Shown here: positions 49,243 through 58,998 of the stretch, piece after piece | Layout of the letters: the number at the start of each line of letters is the position of its first letter | How positions within the stretch are numbered: position 1 is the stretch's first letter | From: an uncultured Flavobacterium sp. | GTDB taxonomy: Bacteria > Bacteroidota > Bacteroidia > Flavobacteriales > Flavobacteriaceae | Reading direction: 5' to 3' | Assembly: GCA_964398425.1 (NCBI GenBank) | Contig: CAYNNB010000002.1 | Span: forward strand, 7,511 to 71,510 | DNA length: 64,000 nt | The notes under the pieces: model-generated | Seen by the model: the letters and a program-made list of their open reading frames with translations, nothing else | The model's database searches: none | What the model was told of the DNA's origin: nothing | Translations under genes and position numbers: made by a program

Positions 49243-49298
49243 TTTACATAAAACAAACAATTACTTAACAATTTGGTAACATTAATAAAAAACTTAAC
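49243..49298. promoter_or_regulatory. 11-bp-periodic TTAAC-like direct repeats (OmpR/PhoB-type box candidate)
   Basis: TTTAC 49243, CAAAC 49254, TTAAC 49265, GTAAC 49276; a further TTAAC at 49294. Confidence 0.4.
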
Positions 49299-49306
49299 AT
49301 TGGAGT

Positions 49307-49332
49307 AAAAAAAAACAGCTCAAAAGAGCTGT
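49307..49332 (-). terminator. Intrinsic terminator after the lipoprotein gene
   Basis: A-run then ACAGCTC-aaaa-GAGCTGT. Confidence 0.7.
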
Positions 49333-49353
49333 CTTTCCAAATATTATTATTTT

Positions 49354-50538
49354 TTATTGTAATAAACTAGATCCTTCAACTGTTGACCAAGCTCCATTGG
49401 TTATACTAGCACCTGTTGAAGTTGTGCTAGTTGTAAATTGACCTGAAGGGAAGTTAACTACTACTGAACCAGCACCTTTATAATTTGTTGTTGAACCAGT
49501 AATTTTTACATTTGTCAACTTAATTTTTGATCCATTAACTTGGTTGGTGTTTGTAGTTGCATCTTGAATTTTACAACCTGTTCCTTCATAAGTTGTACCA
49601 TTGTTTGAGAAGCTACCATATCCCTCAATAACGATGTTGTTAAAATCTCCATTTCCTTCTTTTTTAAATTGGAAAGCATCAATTTCAATTGAAGAAACAT
49701 CTTCAGGTACACAGCTAGCATTTCTTTTTAAAGTAATATTGCTGATTACTGGCCAATAATTATTGTTGTTAGAACAAGCTTCAATTTCCATTCCGAAATT
49801 TCCTTTTCCAACTTGGTAAGCATACCAATTTGAGTTGTTTTGTCCTTTCCATCCATCTTGCCAGTCAAAAGCATCATCAAAGTTACCATAAGAAATTGCA
49901 TTAGTCATACTTACTGTCCCACCAAAGAATTCATACCCATCATCAGCACCTTTATAAGCAACTAAGTGATCTAAAGTTGTATTAGAACCAACAGAATAGA
50001 AAGTAAATGAATTAGTTTCTTTTTGTCCATCGGCAATTTTTTTTCCAGCATATTCAACTCTTACATATTTTAATGTACCGCTGTTATCTGCACTATCAGT
50101 TCCTCCGTAAGTAATGTTTGAACCGTCTTCAGAGATTGCAGTTGAAGCGCCTCCAATTGCATTAATTGGAGCATCTCCTACTATCATAATTCCTGACCAA
50201 GAGCCTGGTACTTTTGATAATTCAGTGAAAACAATTGGTTGGTCAGCAGTTCCTATTAAATTAATTGTACCTCCGTTTTCAACAATTAATCCATTGTCTG
50301 TTGAAGCTGTTTTGTCAATTGTAATTACACTTCCAGCAGCAATTGTTAATGTAGCTCCTGGTTTTACTCTCACTACACCTTTTAAGTTGTAGTTTCCATA
50401 AGCATAACTCACATTTCCGGTAATTTCTCCTTGAATTGTTCCTGTTGCAGGTCCATTTGTCTCTTCATTATTGTCGTCTTTTGAACAACTTGTAAAGATT
50501 AAAGATAAAGCAGTTAATCCTAAAAATAGTTTTTTCAT
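49354..50538 (-). CDS. Surface lipoprotein with beta-helix-like repeats, TonB receptor partner
   Basis: Lipobox IFTSC followed by acidic SKDD; motifs SGTLKYVRVEYAG, DDGYEFFGGTV and DDAFDWQDGWKG. Confidence 0.78.
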   Translation of the reverse strand: MKKLFLGLTALSLIFTSCSKDDNNEETNGPATGTIQGEITGNVSYAYGNYNLKGVVRVKPGATLTIAAGSVITIDKTASTDNGLIVENGGTINLIGTADQPIVFTELSKVPGSWSGIMIVGDAPINAIGGASTAISEDGSNITYGGTDSADNSGTLKYVRVEYAGKKIADGQKETNSFTFYSVGSNTTLDHLVAYKGADDGYEFFGGTVSMTNAISYGNFDDAFDWQDGWKGQNNSNWYAYQVGKGNFGMEIEACSNNNNYWPVISNITLKRNASCVPEDVSSIEIDAFQFKKEGNGDFNNIVIEGYGSFSNNGTTYEGTGCKIQDATTNTNQVNGSKIKLTNVKITGSTTNYKGAGSVVVNFPSGQFTTSTTSTGASITNGAWSTVEGSSLLQ

Positions 50539-50646
50539 TTTTTTTAATTTTATTGATTGTTGTTTACGTTGCAAATATCTTAGGAGTGAATTAATTGAGT
50601 ATTTAATTAATATTAATTAATTATAAAATATTTACTTGCGGTATTA

Positions 50647-50684
50647 ATTAAATGTTAGTTAAGATTGCGTTTATGTTAAATTTA
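50647..50684. promoter_or_regulatory. 11-bp-periodic GTTAA-like repeats upstream of the lipoprotein gene
   Basis: ATTAA 50647, GTTAA 50658, GTTTA 50669, ATTTA 50680. Confidence 0.35.
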
Positions 50685-50713
50685 AAAAGGGCTTCAAAGT
50701 GAAACCCTTTTTT
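50684..50713 (-). terminator. Intrinsic terminator after the TonB-dependent receptor
   Basis: AAAAAGGG-cttcaaagtgaaa-CCCTTTTT. Confidence 0.65.
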
Positions 50714-50732
50714 AAATCTATGGACGAATATT

Positions 50733-53543
50733 TTAGAAAGTATAATTTAAACCAACTGAAAATCCAACTCCTCTCTTAAAATCTTTGTAAGTTTTTGAGT
50801 TTTCAATGAAGTTGCTACTACTTTCATCACCTAATTCTAATCTTACTTTTGGGTTTAAAATGTTATCTGCTGAGAATTTAAGATCAAAGTGCTCATTTAT
50901 TTTATTAGTCCAAACCAAGTCTAATTTTTGAACAGGCATTTCATAAATGTGATCAAAACCATTTGAACCCACAGAATAAATTCTTTTACCAAATACATTA
51001 TAAACCGCAGTTACTGTTGAATTCCATTTTTTATTTACATTAAATTGGTATTTTAGATCAGAATTTATCAACCAGTTCGAAGCGCCTTGTAAGTTTCTTG
51101 TTCTTTGTCCTTTTTGGTAAACATTTTCAATGTTGTCTAATAATTGACCATTTATTGGATTTATAATTTTATCAGCTAAGGTTACTTTCGTTTGCATTAG
51201 TGTTCCATTGAAACCTAAAGAGAAATTTGATAAACTTTTTGAAATTCTTCCAAAGTCGAAAATCATTTCTCCCTCAATTCCGTATAAAATAGCATCTTTT
51301 GAATTTGTATATGAAATCATTGGACCTCCAGCAGAAGCGATGTAAATTTTTTCAATTGGATTTTCTATTCTTTTTCCAAAGGCAGATAAAGAAAACATTT
51401 CTTTATTCGTTGGGAAAATTTCATATTTTAAATCAACATTAGTATTCTGACTGTTTTTTAAGAATGAATTTCCTTGAATTGTTTCTCCTTCTGGATCTAC
51501 AATTTGTATTGGATAAGCTTCCATAGAAACTGGTTTTGTATAAGTTAATGACGAAGCAAATCTTAAATTAGACTTGTCGTTAACAACATATTTTAAATTT
51601 AATGATGGTAATATGTATGATTTGGTGTTATTAACTTTTTTGAATTCATTTGATGCAGATCCGTCTTTGTAATAAGAAGTTAAATCAAACTGCTCAAATC
51701 TCAATCCTATGTTGGCATTTAATTTTTCAGTAATATTGTAATTTAAATTAGCATAGGTACCAATAGTGTTATCTTTTACTTTTGCTTTCCAGTTATAGGC
51801 ACTTTGCTCAATGTAAAATAATCTTTGATTCAAATCTGGATTATTCAAATCATATAAGATTTGATCGTTAATATCTTCATAAACTGAAGTGTAAATATTA
51901 TAATTGGTATTAGGATTTAGGTTTAAGAAACGATAACTTGATTCTAATTGATTGCCATTTCCGTTAACTCCTACTGTTAATTTGTTGTCGTTCCCAAAAT
52001 CATAACTATATTCTGCAAATCCAGACATATACAAGGTGTTGTCAATTGTCAAATATTGTCTCAGGAAATTATTTGCTCCATAGTTATAAGAGATTGTATT
52101 GTTACTGTTTTTAATTCCATAAAAAGAGTTTAAATCAGGCAAACCGAATTTTGTTTTTGCAGCAGAAACACCTACTTTAATTTTGTGATTTCCATTTGAA
52201 GTTAATTTGTAATCTCCAAATAATTGTCCGCTGTAAAAGTCAGTTTGCTCATATTTATTAACCCCAACAAATGCATTTGGGGTATTAGTTTGCGCATTTA
52301 AAACCCCAACAGAAGTCGATATTTCACTACTAGATGATTTCAAGTACAAAAAGTTTGTAGATAAATTCAATCGGTTGGAACTATAATTTAATCCTAAAAT
52401 AGCCGATGAATTGGTTTTATAGCTATAAGATTGCTTGTATAAATTGTTGCTAAATTGTGCATATTGACCTGGTTGAAACGTTCTTCTAACCCCTTCTCTA
52501 TATTGATAACTATTGTCAAAATTTAAAGCAAATAAATAACTAAGTTTTGATGTTCCAATATCGAATTTATCACCATGTAAAATACCATAACTTGAATTTA
52601 AAGGACTTTTTCCTTTAGTTGGAGAAACTGAATTGTCAAATATATTTTGAGCTCTCGTGCCGCTAATGCTAATAGATTTAGGTTGTGATCCAAAAACTGA
52701 AGGTAAGTCTCTATAGATTGATTCAAAACCAAAGTAACCAGCACCTTTTTGCGAATTTTTAGAGTAATAAAAATCTTTTAGGTTATTATTGGTTACAAAT
52801 CCGGTTCCTATTGAAATCTTTGTAATTGGTTTGGTGATTTTAGTTGTTGTTTGTACATTAAAGGTAGCACCAGCAAAATCGCCGTAAATGTTAGGACTAA
52901 ATGTCTTATAAGTATCAATTTGATCAACTACATCAGAAGGTATTAAATCTAAAGGAATCATTTTATTAAAAGGATTGTTAGTAGGAGCGGCCAATCCATT
53001 GATTAGTAAGTTTGTATATCTTCCTTCTAGACCTCTTACAAAGATTCCCCTAGAGTCAACTTTAGTAATACCAGATATTTTTGTTAATCCTTCTTCAACA
53101 TCACTAATGCCTTTTCTAGACATTTCTTGTGCACCAATACTTTGTTTGATTTCAACTGCTTTTTGTTGTTCTTTTAAAAGTGCTGTTTCTGTAGTTTTCT
53201 TTAAAGATACTTTAACAACTACTTCTTCAATTTTAGAGGAGTTTTCTTGAAGACTTGTATTTACTTCTAAAGTTTGTCCAGAGGTTAAAGTAATGCTTTT
53301 TTCAATGGATTTGTATCCAACAAATGAAAAAACAAGTGTAAAATTTCCTGGTTTTGCATTTAATTCGTAATTTCCATTTACATCTGTATCGGTTTTATAA
53401 CCAGTTCCTTTTAGGGAAACAGACACAAATCCTAAAGGTTGATTGTTTTCTTTGTCTTTAACAAGACCTTTGATTTTTGTAGTGTTTTGGGCAAAACTGA
53501 TTACCGAAATGAATAACCAGAATAATAAAAATTTAATTTTCAT
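50733..53543 (-). CDS. TonB-dependent receptor with N-terminal carboxypeptidase-regulatory-like domain
   Basis: N-terminal IKGLVKD...TDVNGNYEL, plug (VRGLEGRY, PLDLIPSDVV) and barrel ending FSVGLNYTF. Confidence 0.9.
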   Translation of the reverse strand: MKIKFLLFWLFISVISFAQNTTKIKGLVKDKENNQPLGFVSVSLKGTGYKTDTDVNGNYELNAKPGNFTLVFSFVGYKSIEKSITLTSGQTLEVNTSLQENSSKIEEVVVKVSLKKTTETALLKEQQKAVEIKQSIGAQEMSRKGISDVEEGLTKISGITKVDSRGIFVRGLEGRYTNLLINGLAAPTNNPFNKMIPLDLIPSDVVDQIDTYKTFSPNIYGDFAGATFNVQTTTKITKPITKISIGTGFVTNNNLKDFYYSKNSQKGAGYFGFESIYRDLPSVFGSQPKSISISGTRAQNIFDNSVSPTKGKSPLNSSYGILHGDKFDIGTSKLSYLFALNFDNSYQYREGVRRTFQPGQYAQFSNNLYKQSYSYKTNSSAILGLNYSSNRLNLSTNFLYLKSSSSEISTSVGVLNAQTNTPNAFVGVNKYEQTDFYSGQLFGDYKLTSNGNHKIKVGVSAAKTKFGLPDLNSFYGIKNSNNTISYNYGANNFLRQYLTIDNTLYMSGFAEYSYDFGNDNKLTVGVNGNGNQLESSYRFLNLNPNTNYNIYTSVYEDINDQILYDLNNPDLNQRLFYIEQSAYNWKAKVKDNTIGTYANLNYNITEKLNANIGLRFEQFDLTSYYKDGSASNEFKKVNNTKSYILPSLNLKYVVNDKSNLRFASSLTYTKPVSMEAYPIQIVDPEGETIQGNSFLKNSQNTNVDLKYEIFPTNKEMFSLSAFGKRIENPIEKIYIASAGGPMISYTNSKDAILYGIEGEMIFDFGRISKSLSNFSLGFNGTLMQTKVTLADKIINPINGQLLDNIENVYQKGQRTRNLQGASNWLINSDLKYQFNVNKKWNSTVTAVYNVFGKRIYSVGSNGFDHIYEMPVQKLDLVWTNKINEHFDLKFSADNILNPKVRLELGDESSSNFIENSKTYKDFKRGVGFSVGLNYTF

Positions 53544-53594
53544 GAAGTTGTGTTTATTTTTGCTGCAAAATAAACTCTTGAAAATTATGCGATT

Positions 53595-53662
53595 GTTATT
53601 CAGAAGTTATTAGTAAGTTTGTTAAAAGTTAAGTTAAGGTTAATAGATTAAATTACCGTTAA
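53595..53662. promoter_or_regulatory. Array of 11-bp-periodic GTTA(A/T) direct repeats in the divergent receptor / response-regulator promoter
   Basis: GTTAT 53595, GTTAT 53606, GTTTG 53617, GTTAA 53628, GTTAA 53639; also ATTAA 53647 and GTTAA 53658. Confidence 0.55.
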
Positions 53663-53724
53663 GTCAAAGTTTTCTAACTTTTTTATCTTTAACTTTACCG
53701 AAATATTGAATGAAATTTCACAAA

Positions 53725-54414
53725 ATGAAGAAAAAAGATATTAAAATCTTATTAGTGGATGATGAACCAGATATTCTAGAAATAGTAGGATATAATTTGG
53801 CTCAAGCAGGTTATCAAATTTCAACAGCTACAAACGGTAAAGAAGCAGTAAAACAAGCTATTAAAATTAAGCCACATTTAATTATCATGGATGTCATGAT
53901 GCCTGAAATGGACGGAATGGAGGCTTGTGAACAAATACGAGAAATTCCCGATTTAAAAGACGTTATCATTACATTTTTAACAGCTAGAAATGAGGACTAT
54001 TCTCAAGTAGCTGGTTTTGAAGTGGGTGCCGATGACTATATTGCTAAACCTATAAAACCTAAGTTGTTAGTTAGTAAAGTTAAAGGTCTACTTCGAAGGC
54101 TTAAAGAAGAGGATACAGTAGCAGAATCTACTTCAATTCAAGTAGGAAATCTTCAAATTAATAGAGAAGAATATAAGGTAATAAAAGATGATCAAACTAT
54201 AATATTACCTAGAAAAGAGTTTGAGTTACTTTATTTATTAGCTTCTAAGCCAGGTAAAGTTTTTACCAGATCTGAAATTTTAGATAAAGTTTGGGGAAAT
54301 GAAGTAATCGTTGGTGGAAGAACAATTGATGTTCACATTAGAAAATTAAGAGAAAAAATTGACGACGACATTTTTAAAACAATTAAAGGTGTGGGTTATA
54401 AAATTGAATTTTAA
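53725..54414 (+). CDS. OmpR/PhoB-family response regulator (PhoP-like)
   Basis: ILLVDDE, LIIMDVMMPEMDG, GADDYIAKP, winged helix RTIDVHIRKLREK and KTIKGVGYK. Confidence 0.92.
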   Translation: MKKKDIKILLVDDEPDILEIVGYNLAQAGYQISTATNGKEAVKQAIKIKPHLIIMDVMMPEMDGMEACEQIREIPDLKDVIITFLTARNEDYSQVAGFEVGADDYIAKPIKPKLLVSKVKGLLRRLKEEDTVAESTSIQVGNLQINREEYKVIKDDQTIILPRKEFELLYLLASKPGKVFTRSEILDKVWGNEVIVGGRTIDVHIRKLREKIDDDIFKTIKGVGYKIEF

Positions 54415-55469
54415 TGAGTGTCAATTTTAAAAAATCATATAAGTTTGCTTTTAAATCATCACTTTACATCTCAATATTTTTATTGGGATGTCTTAGTTTA
54501 TATCATTTTCTTTTTGAAAAAATAGATGTATTCTTCTTGTTTTTCTTTCCAATAGTTTTATTTGTTTTTAGTTTTTTTCTTATTCAATACCGAGTAGAAA
54601 TATTTATATATAAACGAATTAAAAAATTATATGATGAGGTTTCTATTCTTGATGCTACTTCATTGACAGATAAAACAGTAACAACAGATATTGCCAGTCT
54701 AACAAAAGATATTCGGAATTTTGCCAAAGAGAAAAAAATCGAAATAGAATCTTTAAAGGTGCGAGAAGAATACCGTAGAGAATTTTTAGGAAATGTTTCT
54801 CACGAATTAAAGACACCTTTATTTACTGTTCAAGGTTATTTAGACACACTAATTGAAGGAGGGGCTATTAAGGACAAAGAATTGAGAAAAAAATATATTG
54901 AACGTGCATCAAAAGGTGTAGAACGATTGATTCATATTGTGCAAGATTTAGACATGATAACAAAATTTGAATCAAATGATTTGAATTTAGACCTTTCTAC
55001 ATTTGATATTATAACTGAAGTTCAGAATGTTTTTGATCTACTCGAAATGGAAGCGGATAAAAAGAATATCATTTTGATGTTTGATGAGAAATATTCTAGT
55101 CCAGTTTTTGTACATGCAGATAAAGAGAAAATACAGCAAGTATTGGTAAATCTGATTATGAATTCCATCAAGTATGGAAAAGAGAATGGAACAACAGAAG
55201 TAGCTATTGAGAACATTAATAAAAATAAGGTTCTAATTAGAATTCAAGATAATGGCGAAGGTATTGATAAACAGTATTTATCAAGAATTTTCGAGCGTTT
55301 CTTCAGAGTTAACAAAAGCGGTTCTAGAGCCGAAGGGGGATCAGGTTTAGGATTAGCCATTGTTAAGCATATTATAGAAGCCCATCAAGAGAAAATTTTT
55401 GTACAAAGTAACCTTAAAAAAGGTTCCGAGTTTTCGTTTACATTGAAAAAAGGAAAATGGCTTGATTAG
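54414..55469 (+). CDS. Sensor histidine kinase (PhoR-like)
   Basis: EFLGNVSHELKTPL (H box), NLIMNSIKY, QDNGEGI and GGSGLGLAIVKHI; two N-terminal TMs with no large periplasmic domain. Confidence 0.92.
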   Translation: MSVNFKKSYKFAFKSSLYISIFLLGCLSLYHFLFEKIDVFFLFFFPIVLFVFSFFLIQYRVEIFIYKRIKKLYDEVSILDATSLTDKTVTTDIASLTKDIRNFAKEKKIEIESLKVREEYRREFLGNVSHELKTPLFTVQGYLDTLIEGGAIKDKELRKKYIERASKGVERLIHIVQDLDMITKFESNDLNLDLSTFDIITEVQNVFDLLEMEADKKNIILMFDEKYSSPVFVHADKEKIQQVLVNLIMNSIKYGKENGTTEVAIENINKNKVLIRIQDNGEGIDKQYLSRIFERFFRVNKSGSRAEGGSGLGLAIVKHIIEAHQEKIFVQSNLKKGSEFSFTLKKGKWLD

Positions 55470-55482
55470 ATTTCTTTTCTTT

Positions 55483-55540
55483 TGTTATTCCTTTTCTCAA
55501 CTTGTGTTGCGTATTTTTATTTCAATGTTATTCCTTTTCT
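55483..55540 (+). repeat. 15-bp perfect direct repeat
   Basis: TGTTATTCCTTTTCT at 55483-55497 and 55526-55540. Confidence 0.85.
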
Positions 55541-55636
55541 TTTGATTTATTCGCTAAATTGTCTAGTCATACGTTTTAGACTACAATATGAAGATTCACT
55601 TTATTTTTATACTTTTACCAAAAAATTTAGAAAAAC

Positions 55637-56311
55637 GTGGGAAGTAAAAATAAACTGAAAAGATTTAATGAAAATGCAACTTTTTCAAACGTAGTTCAAC
55701 CTACAAGAGAAGAGGTAGTGAATGAACAATTAGCGTTAAAAGGAAAATGGAGAGCTGATTTTTTTAAAAACAACAATCCAATTGTACTTGAATTAGGTTG
55801 CGGGAAAGGTGAATATTCAGTAGGTTTAGCAGAACGTTATCCAAATAAGAATTTTATAGGTGTCGATATCAAAGGAGCTCGTTTTTGGCGAGGAGCTAAA
55901 ACAGCCGTTGAAAACGGATTGCAAAATGTAGGTTTCTTGCGCACTCAAATTGAGTTGATTCATCATTGTTTTGCAGAAAACGAAGTTGATGAAATTTGGA
56001 TTACTTTTCCAGATCCTCAAATCAAATACAAACGCACCAAACATAGAATGACAAATTCTGAATTCCTTCAACGTTATAAACAAATTTTGAAACCCGAAGG
56101 ACTAATGCATTTAAAAACAGATAGTGAGTTTATGCATGGTTATACTCTAGGATTGTTACACGGTGAAGGACATGAAGTAATATATGCTAATCATAACATA
56201 TATAAAAATGAGGGTGCTCCAAACGTAGTAACGGCCATACAAACTTTTTATGAAAAACAATATTTAGAGATTAATAAACCCATCACGTACATTCAATTTA
56301 AAATTAAATAG
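55637..56311 (+). CDS. trmB: tRNA (guanine-N7)-methyltransferase
   Basis: VLELGCGKGEY, IGVDIK, ITFPDP and LKTDS motifs; GTG start. Confidence 0.95.
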   Translation: MGSKNKLKRFNENATFSNVVQPTREEVVNEQLALKGKWRADFFKNNNPIVLELGCGKGEYSVGLAERYPNKNFIGVDIKGARFWRGAKTAVENGLQNVGFLRTQIELIHHCFAENEVDEIWITFPDPQIKYKRTKHRMTNSEFLQRYKQILKPEGLMHLKTDSEFMHGYTLGLLHGEGHEVIYANHNIYKNEGAPNVVTAIQTFYEKQYLEINKPITYIQFKIK

Positions 56312-56940
56312 TGTCTATTCTTTTAGCTTTTGCATTAGCAGTTTTATTTTCCGCTATAGGGGTGCTTCCACCTGGAATAGTTAACATGACTGTGGCAAAT
56401 TACAGTGTAAAAAAGACATTAAAAAAGGCTAAGAAGTTCATAAATGGAGCAATACTAGTTGTTTTTTTACAAAGTGTATTAGCATTTACTTTTGCCATTT
56501 ATTTAGAATCTCATCCTAAGATAATGCAAAATCTAAAAGTGGTAGGAAGTGTAGTCTTTGTTGTTTTAACGGTTTTTTTTCTTGGTAAAGGAATACAAAG
56601 TCATATTCAATCAAAAGATGAAGTAACAAAAGGTGTTAAAAAAAGCAAACTGAGACCTTTTGTACACGGCGTTGTTATTTCAGGATTAAATGTGTTCCCT
56701 ATCCCGTATTATGCATTTGTAAGTTTATATCTTTCTACTTTTATTAAAGATTTTTTTACCAACCTTGTCGGATTGTTTTTTGTATTAGGAACAACTTTTG
56801 GCTCGTTTTTAGTATTTCTAAGTTATGCTTATCTGTTTAGAAAAATAAAATCAAACGTAACTTTTTTTATAAAAAATATTAATTTTATTATCGCATTTAT
56901 TACTGCTTTAATTGCTTGTTTTACACTTTACAATTTGTAA
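56311..56940 (+). CDS. LysE-family translocator
   Basis: N-terminal IGVLPPGIVN, multiple TMs and NVFPIPYY. Confidence 0.75.
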   Translation: MSILLAFALAVLFSAIGVLPPGIVNMTVANYSVKKTLKKAKKFINGAILVVFLQSVLAFTFAIYLESHPKIMQNLKVVGSVVFVVLTVFFLGKGIQSHIQSKDEVTKGVKKSKLRPFVHGVVISGLNVFPIPYYAFVSLYLSTFIKDFFTNLVGLFFVLGTTFGSFLVFLSYAYLFRKIKSNVTFFIKNINFIIAFITALIACFTLYNL

Positions 56941-56959
56941 TTTTTAAAATATATTTTAA

Positions 56960-57286
56960 ATGAAAAACGATTTTTTTGAAAGAGTTTATCAAATTGTAAG
57001 GCAAATACCAGAAGGGCGCGTAACTTCTTATGGCGCCATTGCTAAAGCAATTGGAGCAGCGCGTTCCGCAAGAATGGTAGGTTATGCTATGAATGCTTCG
57101 CATCATTTAGAAGATGTACCCGCACATAGAGTAGTCAATAGAAGCGGGGTGTTAACGGGTAAACATCATTTTGATGGCACCAATTTAATGCAACAATTAC
57201 TTGAAAATGAAGGAATAAAAGTGGTGAACAATCAAATTGTCGATTTTAAAAAATATTTTTGGGAGCCTGAAATCAATGAGTTTTAA
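56960..57286 (+). CDS. MGMT-family alkyltransferase-like protein
   Basis: IPEGRVTSYGAIA, ARMVGYAM and VPAHRVV (Ala at the catalytic Cys position). Confidence 0.88.
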   Translation: MKNDFFERVYQIVRQIPEGRVTSYGAIAKAIGAARSARMVGYAMNASHHLEDVPAHRVVNRSGVLTGKHHFDGTNLMQQLLENEGIKVVNNQIVDFKKYFWEPEINEF

Positions 57287-58998
57287 TTCATTTCAATTTT
57301 TAATAATTGCTTCTTTTTATTCTTTACGCCATAAAAATAATATGAATCATCAATTTTTATACCATTTGAAACCATAAAAGGAGTTGCGTTTTCATCTTTA
57401 TCCAATATTTCTTGATAATTATAATTGCCGTTTTTGTCAATTTTAAGAATCATTAAATTTGAATTTGAATTATTTCCATTTGAAACAAATTCTATTCTAT
57501 TGTTTTTTAATTCTTTAATTTTATCTTTTGCATTAAAAATAAAAAAGATGTCTTCATTTTTAAAAAATGAAGTGTAAGAATTAAAACTATTTTCTTCTGA
57601 TTGTTTTTTATTAATAATTCTTGACCAAATAAGTTCTCTTTTATCGTTTATTTTAATGCATAATAAATCTTCATAATTAGAATAACTATTTATCATTTGA
57701 TAGTTAGTAGCCATAGATACATTATTGAAATTTGAAGATAACGAAACTGTTTTATTAGGTACAATAGAAGTACCACTATTATAATTGTTTTTTAAAATTT
57801 CTTCTTCTCCATTTATATAAATTTCATTATCATTATTCAAATGAATTTCTCTAAGTTTTAAGTTTTTTAATTCTTTGTTTTTAGATTTTCCAAACTTATC
57901 TATGATAAGTTGTTCAGAAAATTCAAAATTTTTTGAAGTAATTAATTCAAATGGATCTAAATTTATTTCATTTATATAAACACCTGAATAACTATAATCT
58001 TTTTCTTTAGATGAAAATCCAACTAAAAAAAGTTTGTTATTAGTTGTTTTAAAGTTTGTATTTTCAACATATTGGTCTTTAGAGTCAATAATTATTTTTT
58101 GTTTTGTTCCGTTTTCAATTTTTATTACTTCATAATTGCTTGGTTTGTATTTACCAAACAATGATTCGTTTTTAAAATGGATTTTATCTACTACTATAAT
58201 TGAGTTATTTGCTAATAAATCTATAAATTTAAAATTGCCAATTTGATCAACTTTTGTAGGTTCATCAATATAATCAGTTTTTAAAAGAGTACCATCTAAA
58301 CTAAATGAAAACAATTTTAATTTTCTATTTTTTTCATTTGAAAAATCAATTCCAATTAAAAATCGTTGATTGTTTTTTGTAAATAGAAAACCAGAATTTC
58401 TTTCATTATGAGGCAAATAAGACGAGTTGATTATTTCTCCTTGAGTAGAGCTTGTTTTTGCACTTGAAATAAATATTCCGTTTGTTGGAATAAATATTTT
58501 TTTTAAATTTTCATTAAATAAACTTTCAATGTTTAATTTTTCTCCTTCTAAAAACTCATTACTTTTAATAACAATTAATTCTTGAAACTCTAATTTTTTT
58601 GTTTTTATTGAAAGTTTATTAGCTCCAAATACATAAGCTTTTTGTTTTAAATCATAAAATACATTTATAAAAAAAATCATGTTATTGTGGTAAAAAATAC
58701 TAACCAAATTTGTGTATTTTCTATGTAAGGGATTTTTAAATTCAATATCTAAAGAATATTTAAATTTCAAATCTCTATCAAATTCTTCTATAAATAATCC
58801 ATTGCTATAAAACATAGAATTTGATTTTGAAGAGCGTACAATAACTAAATTTCCTTCTTCAGTTTTATCTGAAAATAATACTGAAGTGTTGTTAAAACCA
58901 TCGTTGAACACAACACTTTTTGTTGTTTTAATATCTAAAGTCTGACTATTTAATAGTTGATTTAAAATAACGATACAGAAAAAAAATATTTTATTCAT
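57283..58998 (-). CDS. Very AT-rich hypothetical secreted protein
   Basis: Long ORF; likely start MNKIFFFCIV at 58998 with a signal-like N-terminus; Asn/Lys/Ile-rich, beta-strand-like pattern. Confidence 0.72.
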   Translation of the reverse strand: MNKIFFFCIVILNQLLNSQTLDIKTTKSVVFNDGFNNTSVLFSDKTEEGNLVIVRSSKSNSMFYSNGLFIEEFDRDLKFKYSLDIEFKNPLHRKYTNLVSIFYHNNMIFFINVFYDLKQKAYVFGANKLSIKTKKLEFQELIVIKSNEFLEGEKLNIESLFNENLKKIFIPTNGIFISSAKTSSTQGEIINSSYLPHNERNSGFLFTKNNQRFLIGIDFSNEKNRKLKLFSFSLDGTLLKTDYIDEPTKVDQIGNFKFIDLLANNSIIVVDKIHFKNESLFGKYKPSNYEVIKIENGTKQKIIIDSKDQYVENTNFKTTNNKLFLVGFSSKEKDYSYSGVYINEINLDPFELITSKNFEFSEQLIIDKFGKSKNKELKNLKLREIHLNNDNEIYINGEEEILKNNYNSGTSIVPNKTVSLSSNFNNVSMATNYQMINSYSNYEDLLCIKINDKRELIWSRIINKKQSEENSFNSYTSFFKNEDIFFIFNAKDKIKELKNNRIEFVSNGNNSNSNLMILKIDKNGNYNYQEILDKDENATPFMVSNGIKIDDSYYFYGVKNKKKQLLKIEMN

